Below are positions 28,754 to 39,672 of a DNA stretch of 64,000 nt, piece after piece. Positions within the stretch are counted from its first letter, which is position 1, and each line of letters begins with the position of its first letter. Source of the stretch: Gemmatimonadales bacterium. Its GTDB lineage: Bacteria; Gemmatimonadota; Gemmatimonadetes; Gemmatimonadales; GWC2-71-9. Location: NCBI GenBank assembly GCA_965249575.1, contig OZ252244.1:704001-768000 (forward strand). Reading direction: 5' to 3'. Under the pieces are notes generated by a model that did not search any database, was not told where the DNA came from, and worked only from the letters and a program-made list of their open reading frames with translations. Made by a program: the position numbers and the translations under genes.

Positions 28754-30709
28754 TCAGGGCCGACGACCCGGTCTGAAGACCTGCTCGAAATAGGCAGTGA
28801 CCGGCCGCCCCCCCTTTTGGGCAGGGTTGTAGGAAAGCCTTCGCGCGAAATCGACGGCCAAGAGCGTAAACTGCGGGCTATCCGACCGCTGCTTGATCTG
28901 CACCGTTTCGGCGCGACCGGCGGGCGACACCTTGATAACGAGGATCACGTCGGTTGGCCGCCCCTCGATGTTGGCGCTCAGCGGGACCAGGGGAGCAGCA
29001 TTGGGCACCGGACGCTGGTCGAAACAGGTCCCGTCACGATTGTACGCGTCGCCATAGCCGGTGCAGGTCGTCGCGACCGCTGTAGGATCCGGTTCCTCGA
29101 GGCGCACCATGCTCACGGCGAACGCGGTCTCCCCTCCACGACGCACGTTCACCGTCCCGACGAAGTTCTCGTACCCGTTGGCGAGCACCTCCAGCTTATG
29201 AGACCCCGGACCGACTGTTAGCGGATCCCCACGCTTGGTCTCGCCATCGATCCGAACGCGAGCCCCTCTGGGGACCCCGGTCAAGCGGAGCGTGCCCGTG
29301 TCGGGGAGATCCGCCGCCCCGCCTCCAGCTGCCGGATCGACCGCTGCCACAGCCGCGGAGTCCGAAACGGAATCGGTCGGCAACTCCACGGAATCGGCGT
29401 TGGCGAGGAGGAGCGAATCGCCGGAAGCCGCAGAATCCGCCACCACCGGCGCGTCGGTTCCCGCGCCTCCGGAGGAGAGCAGCGAAACGGGAAACCCCGT
29501 TCGCAGGTTGTTGTGATAGTAGTAGTACCCCCCCGCACCCCCACCTCCCAACACAACCAGGGTGAGTAGGCCGGCCAGGACACCACTCCGCTTCTTTGCA
29601 CGGCGGGGCGGCGGGTCCGCGCGGGGAATCGGTGTCGTCGGGGTCGTGGGCGATGTGACCAACCCCTGACTCGAACTTGGCATGGCCGGTGCGGACCGAG
29701 GCAGTGTTCCTCCGTCACCAGCCCGGAACCGCATGGTCTTGGCCGTCGCAACCGCGGGCCCACCCTCGAGCGCCTCCACCAACTGCTCGGCATCCTGAAA
29801 TCGGTCGTCGGGCGTCTTCGCCATCATGCGCCGGATGATGACGAACAAATCCTCCTGCTCGACGGTCTGGAGCGGAGGAATCGGCACCTCCTCCATGATG
29901 TGCTTGTAACCGATCGAGAAGGAATCCTCCCCATCAAAGGGCACCTTGCCCGTCAGGCATTGGTATGCGACGACTCCCATGGAATAGATGTCACTCCGGC
30001 CGTCGAGCGGGTGAGCACGGGCTTGTTCCGGGCTCATGTAGTGGGGGATACCGATTGACATGCCGGTCCCGGTGAGCTTCGTACCAGTGGCGGCCTTCGC
30101 GATGCCGAAGTCGGTCACAATGGCGTGCCCGAGCTCATCGTACATGATGTTGTCGGGTTTGATGTCTCGATGCACGATGTCATGCTGGTGCGCGTAGCCA
30201 AGGGCCCTTGCCGTTTCCGTGAGCAGGCGCCGAATCTCCCCGGGGGCGATCGCGCTTCGCTCCTCGATGATCGACGAGAGCGACTGTCCGCGCAGCAACT
30301 TCATCACGAAGAAAATGACGCGGCCGGTCTTACCGACTCGGTAAATCGGAATGATGTTGGGGTGTTCGAGCTTCGCCGCGGTGCGTGCCTCTCGCTGAAA
30401 GCGCTCGACGAATTCCGAGTCGAAAGCCAGCGAGAACGGGAGGACTTTCAGCGCGACCAGGCGGTCGAGTTGCCGGTCGCGGGCCTTGAACACGATGGCC
30501 ATTCCACCCCGACCGAGCTCGTCGAGAACGTCGTATTCGGCCTTGAGAGCATCTTTGACCATTTCGGTGTCGCTCTTCTCGGAGGCGCCCGCCTCATCCC
30601 CACCAGCCGCATGGGCCCCATGCGGAGTGGCGGATGCCAAATCGAGTCCGCAGGAGGGACAGAACTTTGCGGTCGTCTGAACTTCAGTGCCGCACCGCGA
30701 ACAAAACAT
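28754..30709 (-). CDS. Ser/Thr protein kinase: Zn ribbon, kinase, TM, PEGA, TonB C-terminal-like domain
   Basis: CSRC/CPSC, LGRGGM, VALK, HRDIKPDN, DFG, YMSPEQ; hydrophobic helix; GARVRIDG PEGA-like; YNPAQKGGRPV TonB_C-like. Confidence 0.88.
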   Translation of the reverse strand: MFCSRCGTEVQTTAKFCPSCGLDLASATPHGAHAAGGDEAGASEKSDTEMVKDALKAEYDVLDELGRGGMAIVFKARDRQLDRLVALKVLPFSLAFDSEFVERFQREARTAAKLEHPNIIPIYRVGKTGRVIFFVMKLLRGQSLSSIIEERSAIAPGEIRRLLTETARALGYAHQHDIVHRDIKPDNIMYDELGHAIVTDFGIAKAATGTKLTGTGMSIGIPHYMSPEQARAHPLDGRSDIYSMGVVAYQCLTGKVPFDGEDSFSIGYKHIMEEVPIPPLQTVEQEDLFVIIRRMMAKTPDDRFQDAEQLVEALEGGPAVATAKTMRFRAGDGGTLPRSAPAMPSSSQGLVTSPTTPTTPIPRADPPPRRAKKRSGVLAGLLTLVVLGGGGAGGYYYYHNNLRTGFPVSLLSSGGAGTDAPVVADSAASGDSLLLANADSVELPTDSVSDSAAVAAVDPAAGGGAADLPDTGTLRLTGVPRGARVRIDGETKRGDPLTVGPGSHKLEVLANGYENFVGTVNVRRGGETAFAVSMVRLEEPDPTAVATTCTGYGDAYNRDGTCFDQRPVPNAAPLVPLSANIEGRPTDVILVIKVSPAGRAETVQIKQRSDSPQFTLLAVDFARRLSYNPAQKGGRPVTAYFEQVFRPGRRP

Positions 30710-31005
30710 CCAAAGCCTCACCGAGAATTGCGAACTTACGGAGCCCAAACAACTGACGTCAAGCGACTTAGCCATTCGGCAGCACGATTCGCCGGTCCCG
30801 CTCCGTGACCTCCGTCACTCGCCGCGAAACGCGTTGCGCAAACGACCCCCTTCTGCACCCGAGGGGCCAGCTAACACGCGCGCACGACTCCCCTGTCGTC
30901 GGCGATTCAGGCCAACGGCGGGGGGTCTCTAGGGTATCGGTATCAAGGACCGTGCCCTTGAACGGAAATCGAGTTAACTTATTGGGGGGTAGTGATTTGA
31001 ACGAC

Positions 31006-33823
31006 CTAGAATGACGGTCCAAACGCCACGTAAAGCCGTGTGTCGCCGCGATCCGCTCCGAGTCCGCCGCGAAGTGCAGTAGCACCACCGAGCCTCACCC
31101 GGAGCGCCTGTTAGTCCGACCCAAAATCCACCACCAGCTCAGCCCCGGCAGCTCGGAACGCGGTTGGCCGGCTGACGTCCCCCGCCTGCCACCCACCCCC
31201 GATTTCGCCAAAAACGCTCAGAGAAACGCGATCGAGCGCCACCGGAAGCTTCCAAATCCCGCGCCCGAGCAGCAGGAGCGGTACGCGGGCTTCGACCACC
31301 GCCGTCACCACTCTGGTGAATCGCAGGCGGTTCGACGGGTAGCCTCTCAGCGGAAAACCTCGCTTGCCGCTTCCGATACTCAGCCCGGGTACGACCGGGA
31401 CCGTGCCCCCCGATTCCCCACCCAGAGCGAAACGTCGGGCCACTGCCCCCCCGGATACCGCACCCGCGACTCTTGCCGCCAGCACCCAACGCGCGAAACC
31501 GGGCAGAGACAAGGCGCCGTAGCCACTCACGGCACCTCGGAATTCGTACGACCAAGCCGCCCCACCCGGCTCCCAACGCCGCCGGTACAGGGCGGCAATC
31601 GCGACGCCGTTCTCGGGTGAAACGCTCAGCACCGGTCGCTCGAATTGCCGGACTCGCGCCGAGAGCACGGCACCCACCAACAGCGGGTCATTGGAGCGGT
31701 ATCCGCTCGTGCCCACGTCAAAGAACGCATCGCGCCCGACCTCCGCCCCGAGACGGCCTGAAATCCTGGAGCGCCAGCGCCGCCAGCGCGCCGTGAGCCC
31801 GACCTGGGCTCGCCGCTCGCGCTCGGCAAGAATCACCGACTGCCCCTGGGGCGCTACCGACCCCCCTCCCGAGCCCCAAAACCTGGCTTAGTGCCCCGTC
31901 GAGGCTGAGGGCCCGCCAGCGTGCATGCGTAACTGAGAACTGGCTGACCCAACGACCGTTTTCTGGAGCGACCAAACCAAAGGCGGTGTAGGACGTCCGG
32001 CCAATCGGGTCGCTTCCGCCGGTCACGGCACCAACAAACGTCCCTGCATCACCACCGTCATACGCCAGGAGTGTCCAGTAGTGGGGTCGCAACGCAGCCC
32101 ACGGTGCGTACGAGCCGCGCCGAATCTCGACCGGAGGTGCGGGCCCTGTGGGCACCGCCTTATTCGCGGTCGGCGGCGGACCCGTTCGGAGTGCTTTCGG
32201 ACGAGTCGCGACGATCGCAAAGCCGTCAACCGACACGGTTGAATAAAAGATCGTACCGTCCTGGTGCGGTGCCGGCTCCCGGGCGCCGGTTGGGGCCTCG
32301 GTAAGCTGTACCGTGCGCGCCGTCTCGACGTCGTATGAGAACACCTGGGGGAGACCGGTGCGTTCGGAGGTAAACAGGACCTCCGATCCGTCCGGTGACC
32401 AGACAGGATCGGCATCGAGGTGCACATCGTCGGTCAAGGAGCGGACCGCGTCCGGCGACTGCCGCGCCCACAACACGATGTCCCATCTCCCGCCTAGATG
32501 CCTGCCCGCCGCGACACGGGACCCATCAGGGGACACCGCAAGCCGAGACCAGTCGTCCGCCGGGGGCGCCGCGAACGACGCGGCCGGCAACCCGTCGGTA
32601 CCCAGGCGCACAAGACTCGTACCCCCGCTCGTGATCGCGACGGCTCCCGCCAGGCCGCCGGGATCGGCGAACGGACGGGTGAGTCGCCCGCCCCGAGACA
32701 GCCGGGACCACGTTCCCCCGGGTGTCCACCGGTAGAGGTCGCTTCGCAACTCGACCGGCGACCCGTAATCGAGTTGACTGACCACGAGCGATTCATTGAC
32801 CCAGGCGAAGTCTGCCGAACCGTTGACCGTTCGGTGAGCCACGACCCTTCCGGTCACGAGATCTCGAACGACCACCTGTGCCGGATGCTTCCCGTCGACC
32901 TGGAGGTAGGCGAGGTGACGCCCGTCTGTCGCGAGGCGCGGATGCGGCTCCGCCCGCAGCCCGCGAACGAGCATCTCGCCTTCGCCGTCGATAGAGGCAA
33001 GGCGTGACGACCGCCGCTGCAGACCCTGCCACCCCTCGGCGACGCTCTGCCCTCCGGCTTCCATGAGCGGGCCGGAGACCAGGAACGGCCAAAGACGTGC
33101 CGAGGAAGCTTCGACGAATCGCGGCACCAGCAAGTCGCCGGATCGATCCGCCTCTTGGCCGAAGAACCGCGAGCCCCATGCGTAGGGCCGAACGGCTCCC
33201 GGCCAGCGGGGCGTGGCAAAGGTGGCATCCCCGGGACGTAGCCAGGCACCGGCCGACGCAGCCAACACCTGGTCGTGAAACGCGGCCCGCAGACGACCGC
33301 CCGACGTGAAGCGGGACTCGTAATAGGTTGCAAGGCCCTCCAGCACCCACGACGGGCGATAGACATTGGGAAACAACGTGGGCGCGCGCCCGAATAGGTA
33401 CTGCAGCCCTCTCCAGACTCCCTTGACCCGGTCAAGATGGAAAATGTGCGCGAGCTCGTGAATGATGACTTGCCGGAGCCAATCGTCGTAGCGACTGAGA
33501 GACAGCGCATCCGCCGGTGGCGTGAGGTGAATCCCGATCCGATTCGAGGGGAACACCACCGCAAAGCCATTGGGCACGTCAGTATTACCGTGCAAAGTCA
33601 AATCGATCTTACCGCGAGGCGGCACGAGCTCGGCAGCGAGCAGCCCGTACGCACGCTCAGCTTCTCGAGCCGCCGCGGCTGCCGCTTCATCGTACTCGAT
33701 GCGGGCGTGGATCCTGAAATGCTTCGTGTGCCACGTCTGCCACGGGCCACTCGGATCCGCCTGCGCCGCCGCCTCAGCCACTGCCGCGAAGGTCACGACC
33801 AGCGCGACCACGGCAACCTTCAA
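31006..33823 (-). pseudogene. Omp85/BamA-type outer membrane protein with N-terminal gluzincin and PD40 propeller; frameshift plus in-frame stop
   Basis: Signal peptide; HELAH...EGLATY; PVWSPDG; FPLRGY; frame change near 31870-31890; TAA at 31111-31113 after which the same frame continues to YVAFGPSF-stop at 31006. Confidence 0.75.
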
Positions 33824-35766
33824 GGGCTACGCTCCGCGTACGCTCGCAAGTAGGCTTCGATCCCGTCCACAATGCCCCGTGCATAACGCCACTGGCCCTC
33901 TTCGCTGGTGAGGATCGCCTCCTGGTCGGGGAGCATCATGAACAACCCCTCCGTGAGCGCGGAGGGGAACCACGTACCCCGCACCACTGCGAGATCACCT
34001 CGGACCACACCACGGTCGCGCGAGTCAAACTGACTCACCAGGGAGGCGCTGAGGAGCCTGGCAAGCTGGACCGACCGTGGATGGTAGTAATAGACACTCG
34101 TCCCGTGATTCTCGAATGGATTGACCCCGTCCGGGAGGGCATCGGCATGGATCGAGACCATCAACTCCGCGTCGGCCCGTTCCGCCCGTGGGACCCGCTG
34201 CATGAGACCCACGGCTGAATCGGCTGAACGCGTCAGCACGGCTTCGGCTCCAAGGCGCCTGAGTAGCTCCGCGGCCTTTCGTGCTACCGCCAGCGCGACC
34301 ACGGGCTCACGCGCCCCGGTTGGACCCGTTGCCCCCCGGGGAGGATGGCCGGGATCGAGCGCGATGCGGCGCCCATGCAGCGGGCGTAATGGGTCGATGC
34401 GAGGTGGGCGACGCACGTGAAGAAGGAGCTCGCCGTGTCCCCATTCGGCGCGGTAGCCCCAGACGGCTTGCGTCAGCTCAACGTAGACCGCCGCCTCGTC
34501 GGTACGTGGCTGGGCAAAGCGGATCGACGACACCAGGGAGTCGGTGGCGCCGTAATAGATCCGGTCCATGTCCGCCGCGACACCGTACAGCTCGAGCGTG
34601 AGGGACTGCGCGCGTTCATCGACCCGGAATGGCACGCGCACCGGTATTGGCACGCGCAGCGTTACCGCGGATGCCGTACTCTCGAGGCGAGGCATGCCCG
34701 TCCGCACCCGAGGTAACGGAGTGCCGGGAGGCAAGGGCTGGACGTCACGTGCATCAACCCAGGCGGAAGCGCCCTGCGACAACTGAAGTCTGATTTGCGC
34801 GTTGGCCCTGCCACTCACGCCGGCGACCGTCCCGGTGGGGAAGAACCAGTTGTAGGTCCCCCTGGGCGATGGCCGACCAGCGAGCGAACTATCGGTTTGT
34901 CCAGTGCCCGCGGTATCATCGTTGATGATGACAACGGGAGGGGGCGCGTCGTCGATCGGGGCCAGGCTGAGGGGCCAGCGCGCCCGCGCCGTATCAGCGT
35001 CTCGAACCGCCTCGACCACCGCCCAAGCTGGATCGTCAGGCGAGGGGGCCGCATTCGGTGAGAGCACGTGGCCCGGATCGGGTCCGATGCGCCCGGCCCA
35101 CCACCCCACGTATCGCTGCCCGTCCGTATCTCCCCCGCGGCCGAGCCGTCCGGCAACTCCACCGCTATCTTGCAGGAGGGGTAGCGAAGTTCCATCGGCA
35201 AACCGCAGTCGCACATCGGCCAACGCGCTGGCGCGCAGCATGAGCGTCGTTCCTTCGCCAGGTGAGCGCCAATGCATCCCCGCCGGGGAGAGGGTGGTCG
35301 TATCAATCCAGGCCGATCGGGGAGGGGGAGCAAACCGCTGCTGAATCGGCGCGACGAGCGTCGCCCGAGACGTGTCGCGACCGGCGACCGCAACCATATA
35401 GAATCGAGCGATGGAGTCGCGGGGCAACGGCAACCAGGCGATCCAACCGCCACTCGGATATACAGGGATCTGGACACCATTCACGGCCAGGCGGGCGTCG
35501 CCTCGCCCTACCGAGCCGAACACGAAGGCGGAATCCAGGCTGCGGATGCGGTCCTCCGCGGCCGAAAAGATGACGATCGTGTCGCCGACCGTGTCGCGGG
35601 TGGCTTCCCTGGGATAGGCGATGGCGATAGCCAGCGGGCCGGCCGCCACCGGGGGTGGCGAAAGCGGGGGAAGCGGGAGGGAGCCACTTCCGGCGGCGCC
35701 ACCCGCGCAGGCCGAGATGGCCAGCAGCAAGGCCGCGGCGTTGGGACTCGACGAGGCGCAGCGCAC
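33820..35766 (-). CDS. N-acetylmuramoyl-L-alanine amidase (Amidase_3), lipoprotein
   Basis: ISAC lipobox; IALDPGH, E, LTR, SIHADA, LTEGLFM. Confidence 0.9.
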   Translation of the reverse strand: MRCASSSPNAAALLLAISACAGGAAGSGSLPLPPLSPPPVAAGPLAIAIAYPREATRDTVGDTIVIFSAAEDRIRSLDSAFVFGSVGRGDARLAVNGVQIPVYPSGGWIAWLPLPRDSIARFYMVAVAGRDTSRATLVAPIQQRFAPPPRSAWIDTTTLSPAGMHWRSPGEGTTLMLRASALADVRLRFADGTSLPLLQDSGGVAGRLGRGGDTDGQRYVGWWAGRIGPDPGHVLSPNAAPSPDDPAWAVVEAVRDADTARARWPLSLAPIDDAPPPVVIINDDTAGTGQTDSSLAGRPSPRGTYNWFFPTGTVAGVSGRANAQIRLQLSQGASAWVDARDVQPLPPGTPLPRVRTGMPRLESTASAVTLRVPIPVRVPFRVDERAQSLTLELYGVAADMDRIYYGATDSLVSSIRFAQPRTDEAAVYVELTQAVWGYRAEWGHGELLLHVRRPPRIDPLRPLHGRRIALDPGHPPRGATGPTGAREPVVALAVARKAAELLRRLGAEAVLTRSADSAVGLMQRVPRAERADAELMVSIHADALPDGVNPFENHGTSVYYYHPRSVQLARLLSASLVSQFDSRDRGVVRGDLAVVRGTWFPSALTEGLFMMLPDQEAILTSEEGQWRYARGIVDGIEAYLRAYAERSP

Positions 35767-35815
35767 GGTGGCGGAACCTAAACCATACCAAGGAGCTACG
35801 TCAATTTTCGGCTGG

Positions 35816-35844
35816 TTGACCCCCCATTTTTGGAGGAGTAGATT
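35816..35844 (+). promoter_or_regulatory. Sigma70-type promoter for the FHA-kinase operon
   Basis: TTGACC (35816-35821), 17-nt spacer, TAGATT (35839-35844). Confidence 0.65.
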
Positions 35845-35880
35845 GGATTTTCTGCGTAGTTCTTGGGGAGTTTAGCACGC

Positions 35881-36912
35881 GTGACGGTCTGCGCTCATTG
35901 TGGCCGGGAAAACAGCGATGAAACTCGCTTCTGCGACGACTGCGGTAAACCCGTGAGGGGATCGAGCGCGGCGGGTTCCCGACCGGTCGCGGGTGGCAAG
36001 GGTACGCCATCTTCCGACCCGCCGGTGCCGCGCGCCTCGAGCGGCCGGATCTGCCCCGGGTGCAAGGCGCCCGCTGCGGCGGGGTTCCTGTTTTGCCCCA
36101 CCTGCGGGACGCGGCTGAGCGCCGGCGGCGACGAGGATTCGTGCGAGAAGTGTGGGGCGCCTCTCACGCCCACAGCGCAGTTCTGCGCTGCGTGCGGCAC
36201 GCGGACGATCGAGGACGAAGTAGAGGTCGCGCTCAACACTGCCGTCTTCGCACCCACCAAGATGGACCCGCGCTTCGCGCTCGTTATCATCGACGAGTCC
36301 GGCACGACCATCAGCACCCATCCGCTGGCCGGGGAAGAAACCACCATCGGTCGTGGGGAAGCCGATATCAGTTTCCCCGATGACCCGTTCCTCTCTCCCA
36401 TTCACGCGCAGCTGGCGTTCCGAGATGGCCAAATGCACCTCCGCGATCTCGGCTCCCGTAACAGCACCTGGTGGTTCATCGAGGATCCGCACCGCCTGTC
36501 GGACGGCGATCTGCTGCTGGTAGGATCCCAGATCATCAAGTTTCGCCGGCTGGGCTACCCCGGCCCCCACCCACCCGAGGCCGACGCAACCCGGCGCATG
36601 GGCAGCCTCGTCCCGAGCGCGGACATCGCTCGACTGTCGCAACAGCGAAGCGATGGGAGCGAGCGGGACGTGATGCATCTCTCACCCGGCAGAAACGTGA
36701 CCATCGGTCGGGAGAAGGGGGATTGGCTCTTTCCGTACGATCCGTCGATGAGCGGCATGCATGCTCAAATCCGCTCCGAAGACGCTGATTTTGTCATCGT
36801 CGATGCCGGCAGTCGAAACGGCGTCGCCATGGCGGTGCGGGGCGAGATTCCACTGCGCAACGGCTCGCGCGTCCTGGTGGGTGACAAGCTGATGCGCCTG
36901 GAGACGCCGTGA
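35881..36912 (+). CDS. Zinc-ribbon plus tandem FHA domain protein
   Basis: Three CxxC...FCxxCG ribbons; two FHA domains (IGR..S..HA..DLGSRNST; IGR..S..HA..DAGSRNG). Confidence 0.88.
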   Translation: MTVCAHCGRENSDETRFCDDCGKPVRGSSAAGSRPVAGGKGTPSSDPPVPRASSGRICPGCKAPAAAGFLFCPTCGTRLSAGGDEDSCEKCGAPLTPTAQFCAACGTRTIEDEVEVALNTAVFAPTKMDPRFALVIIDESGTTISTHPLAGEETTIGRGEADISFPDDPFLSPIHAQLAFRDGQMHLRDLGSRNSTWWFIEDPHRLSDGDLLLVGSQIIKFRRLGYPGPHPPEADATRRMGSLVPSADIARLSQQRSDGSERDVMHLSPGRNVTIGREKGDWLFPYDPSMSGMHAQIRSEDADFVIVDAGSRNGVAMAVRGEIPLRNGSRVLVGDKLMRLETP

Positions 36913-38669
36913 AGCAGTGCGCCACGTGCGGGACCGAGTGGCCGGACGAGACGAAATTCTGTCCCAACGATGGAACGACACTTCGTTCGGCCAGCGGCGG
37001 CGCCGAGATGGTGGGCAGCGTCGTCGCCGATCGGTACCACATTCTCAAGAAGCTGGGCGAGGGTGGCATGGGAGCCGTGTATCTCGGCGAGCACGTCAAG
37101 ATGGGGCGCATGAGCGCGATCAAGGTCCTCACGCAAGCCATGGTCGCCGACCCGGACGCCGTCGCCCGCTTCAACCGCGAGGCGGCGAACGCCGCGAGAA
37201 TCACGCACCCGAACGTGTGCGCCATCTACGACTTCGGAGAAACCCCAGAGGGCTTGATCTACCTTGCGATGGAATTCATCGAAGGGGACGCGCTCACGAC
37301 GGTGCTGGAACGAGAGGGTGGCCGGTTGGCCGCGCCTCGCGCGGCGGCGATCATCCAGCAGGCGGGCGATGCCCTCCAGGCAGCCCACGACCTCGGGATC
37401 GTGCACCGAGATCTCAAGCCCGACAACATCATGATCACCGAGGGCCGAGACGGCGGTGACGTCGTAAAGGTCGTTGACTTCGGGATCGCCAAGGCAATGG
37501 GAGGCAACGAGGGGCAGACCGTCACGAAGACCGGGCTCGTCGTCGGGACTCCGGAATACATGAGCCCGGAACAGCTCTCGGGCGACACGCTCGACGGACG
37601 GAGCGACATCTACTCGCTCGGGTTGGTCTTCTTCCGAATCATCACCGGGACCCTCCCGTTCCAAGCCGACAGCGCGCAAGAGACCATGATCAAGCGCCTG
37701 ACGGACGACCCGCTCAAGCTGAACGAGGCCTTTCCGGAAGGAAGCTTCCCGCCCCGCCTCCAGGCCGTCGTGGACAACGCCTTACAGCGGATGCCCGGCG
37801 AACGTAGCTCGAGCGCGGCGGCGTTCGCGCGCGAGGTCGCGGCAGCCGTCGACGCCATGGACGCACAGCCAGCACCGCCCGCCGCGACCGAAAGCGCGAC
37901 GATGCTGATCGACCCTTCCGAGGCGCCCACCCCGATGGTGGTGACCCGGGTCTCCGAGTCCGACAGCCGGCCACCAGAAACACCATCGAACGACGAGGTG
38001 TCGACGCCCGCTGCCGAGCCCAAGACCAAGAAGAAAGCGACCCGGCGTCGCGCGCCGAGAAAGAAACCACCGCCCAAGAAGAAGGTACCGGTAGCCGTGG
38101 TTGCCGCTGCTGCTGGCGTGCTCGCGATCGGCGGCGCGGCGGCCGCCGTGAAACTGAGCGGGGGAAATGGCGCCGGGGCCGCCGCCGACTCCGTGTTCGT
38201 CGCGAATGCGGATGTGACCGGGGACACCGCCAAACCGCTTGCGACACGCGATAATCAGTCAGCCACCCGTCCGCCGGTACAGCCAACGACCACACGGCCC
38301 CAACCGGATGTGACGCAACCAATAGCCAGACCGCCAACGCCACCGACAACGACGAGGGACGTAGCTCCCGCTCCCGTCGTCGCCACCGCCGACAGTGCGG
38401 TGATCCACGGCGAGCTGGGCATCATTCTGGACCAAGTCGTTTTGGGAGATATCGCTGAGCGCGCTCGCGGTATGCGGGCGGCACAGGACATTTACAGCAA
38501 CGTCGCCGTTCCCGCGAATCAGCGCGCCGACGCCGCATCTTACGTCGCGCAGGGCTATTACGAGAACGCGAACACCACGGAGGCCTGCCGGTGGATCGGG
38601 AATGCCCGCCTCCTCGCCCCCATGAGGGTCACGCTGTCGGACATTCATCAGCGCTGGGGGTGCCCGTGA
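36909..38669 (+). CDS. Membrane Ser/Thr protein kinase
   Basis: CATC..FCPNDG, LGEGGMG, AIK, HRDLKPDN, DFG, GTPEYMSPEQ, TM, Pro/Thr-rich linker. Confidence 0.92.
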   Translation: MKQCATCGTEWPDETKFCPNDGTTLRSASGGAEMVGSVVADRYHILKKLGEGGMGAVYLGEHVKMGRMSAIKVLTQAMVADPDAVARFNREAANAARITHPNVCAIYDFGETPEGLIYLAMEFIEGDALTTVLEREGGRLAAPRAAAIIQQAGDALQAAHDLGIVHRDLKPDNIMITEGRDGGDVVKVVDFGIAKAMGGNEGQTVTKTGLVVGTPEYMSPEQLSGDTLDGRSDIYSLGLVFFRIITGTLPFQADSAQETMIKRLTDDPLKLNEAFPEGSFPPRLQAVVDNALQRMPGERSSSAAAFAREVAAAVDAMDAQPAPPAATESATMLIDPSEAPTPMVVTRVSESDSRPPETPSNDEVSTPAAEPKTKKKATRRRAPRKKPPPKKKVPVAVVAAAAGVLAIGGAAAAVKLSGGNGAGAAADSVFVANADVTGDTAKPLATRDNQSATRPPVQPTTTRPQPDVTQPIARPPTPPTTTRDVAPAPVVATADSAVIHGELGIILDQVVLGDIAERARGMRAAQDIYSNVAVPANQRADAASYVAQGYYENANTTEACRWIGNARLLAPMRVTLSDIHQRWGCP

Positions 38670-39628
38670 GTTCGACCGGGGCGAGAGACTCCTCACCGCC
38701 CGTTCGCGTACTCGTGTTCGGCAAGACCGACCTCGGGCGCGCGAGGGAGCACAACGAAGATAGCTTCCTCGTCGCTGACCTGAGCAGCAACACAGCGTCT
38801 CTGCTTCCGGAGGTCCGCGAGCACGAGCTGGGTCCCAAGGGCTCCCTGCTCGTGGTGGCCGACGGGATGGGCGGTGCCGCAGCCGGTGAGGTCGCGAGTG
38901 AAATGGCGACCGATTCGATATTCAGTCACATGGTTGAGACCTGGCTCACCGACGATGATGACACGCCACAGCAGTTCGCCTACCGCCTCAAGGAAGCCGT
39001 CGAGCGGGCCAATGCCAGCATCCACGCCTACGCCAAGGCCCACAGCGAGATGCGCGGCATGGGGACGACCACGACGGCCGTCGGTATCCTCGACGACCAG
39101 TTGTATCTCACGCAGGTAGGGGATTCCCGCGCCTATCTCGTCCGGAATGGGTCGGCGATTCAGCTCACCAAGGATCAGTCCTTGATGCAGCGTCTGGTCG
39201 ACGCCGGTGAGCTGACTGAAGAGGAGGCGGAGAAGAGTGAGCGCCGAAACATCATCCTGCAGGCCTTGGGCCCTGATCCGAAGATCCGAGTCGACCTCAC
39301 GCGCCAGCAGATTCGACGCGGTGACGCGGTCGTGTTGTGTTCCGACGGGTTGTCGGGTCAGGTCAAACGGGAGGAGATCGCCGATCGTGTCGCCGGGAAC
39401 CCCGACCTCGTGACGGTGTGTGCCGACCTCATTGCGCTCGCTGACGAACGCGGGGGTCCGGACAACATCACGGTGATCGTGGCACGGTTGGACGGCAACA
39501 GCCTCGAAGAGCCCAACGACGACGAATCCGTCGGCCATCAGGTGTATCCGCTACTCGATACGGAATCCACTACTCAGCCGGTTCCCGTATACAAAGGAAG
39601 CGAGCCACCCAAACCGAAGGGAGGGTAG
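38666..39628 (+). CDS. PP2C/Stp1-type Ser/Thr phosphatase
   Basis: GR.REHNED, VADGMGG, MGTT, VGDSRAY, LCSDGL, GGPDNIT. Confidence 0.92.
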   Translation: MSSTGARDSSPPVRVLVFGKTDLGRAREHNEDSFLVADLSSNTASLLPEVREHELGPKGSLLVVADGMGGAAAGEVASEMATDSIFSHMVETWLTDDDDTPQQFAYRLKEAVERANASIHAYAKAHSEMRGMGTTTTAVGILDDQLYLTQVGDSRAYLVRNGSAIQLTKDQSLMQRLVDAGELTEEEAEKSERRNIILQALGPDPKIRVDLTRQQIRRGDAVVLCSDGLSGQVKREEIADRVAGNPDLVTVCADLIALADERGGPDNITVIVARLDGNSLEEPNDDESVGHQVYPLLDTESTTQPVPVYKGSEPPKPKGG

Positions 39629-39672
39629 ACTCGCGTGTTTGGAGCCCCCAGCGGCCAGTCGGTCCCCGGATC

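Noticed and set aside
30845..30890. cccga...cagctaac resembling the 3' end of a c-di-AMP (ydaO) riboswitch
   Set aside because: On the strand opposite both neighbouring genes, and the 5' conserved elements are not found
31111..31113. In-frame TAA as stop-codon recoding or readthrough
   Set aside because: TAA terminates other genes in this window normally, and the same gene has a second lesion
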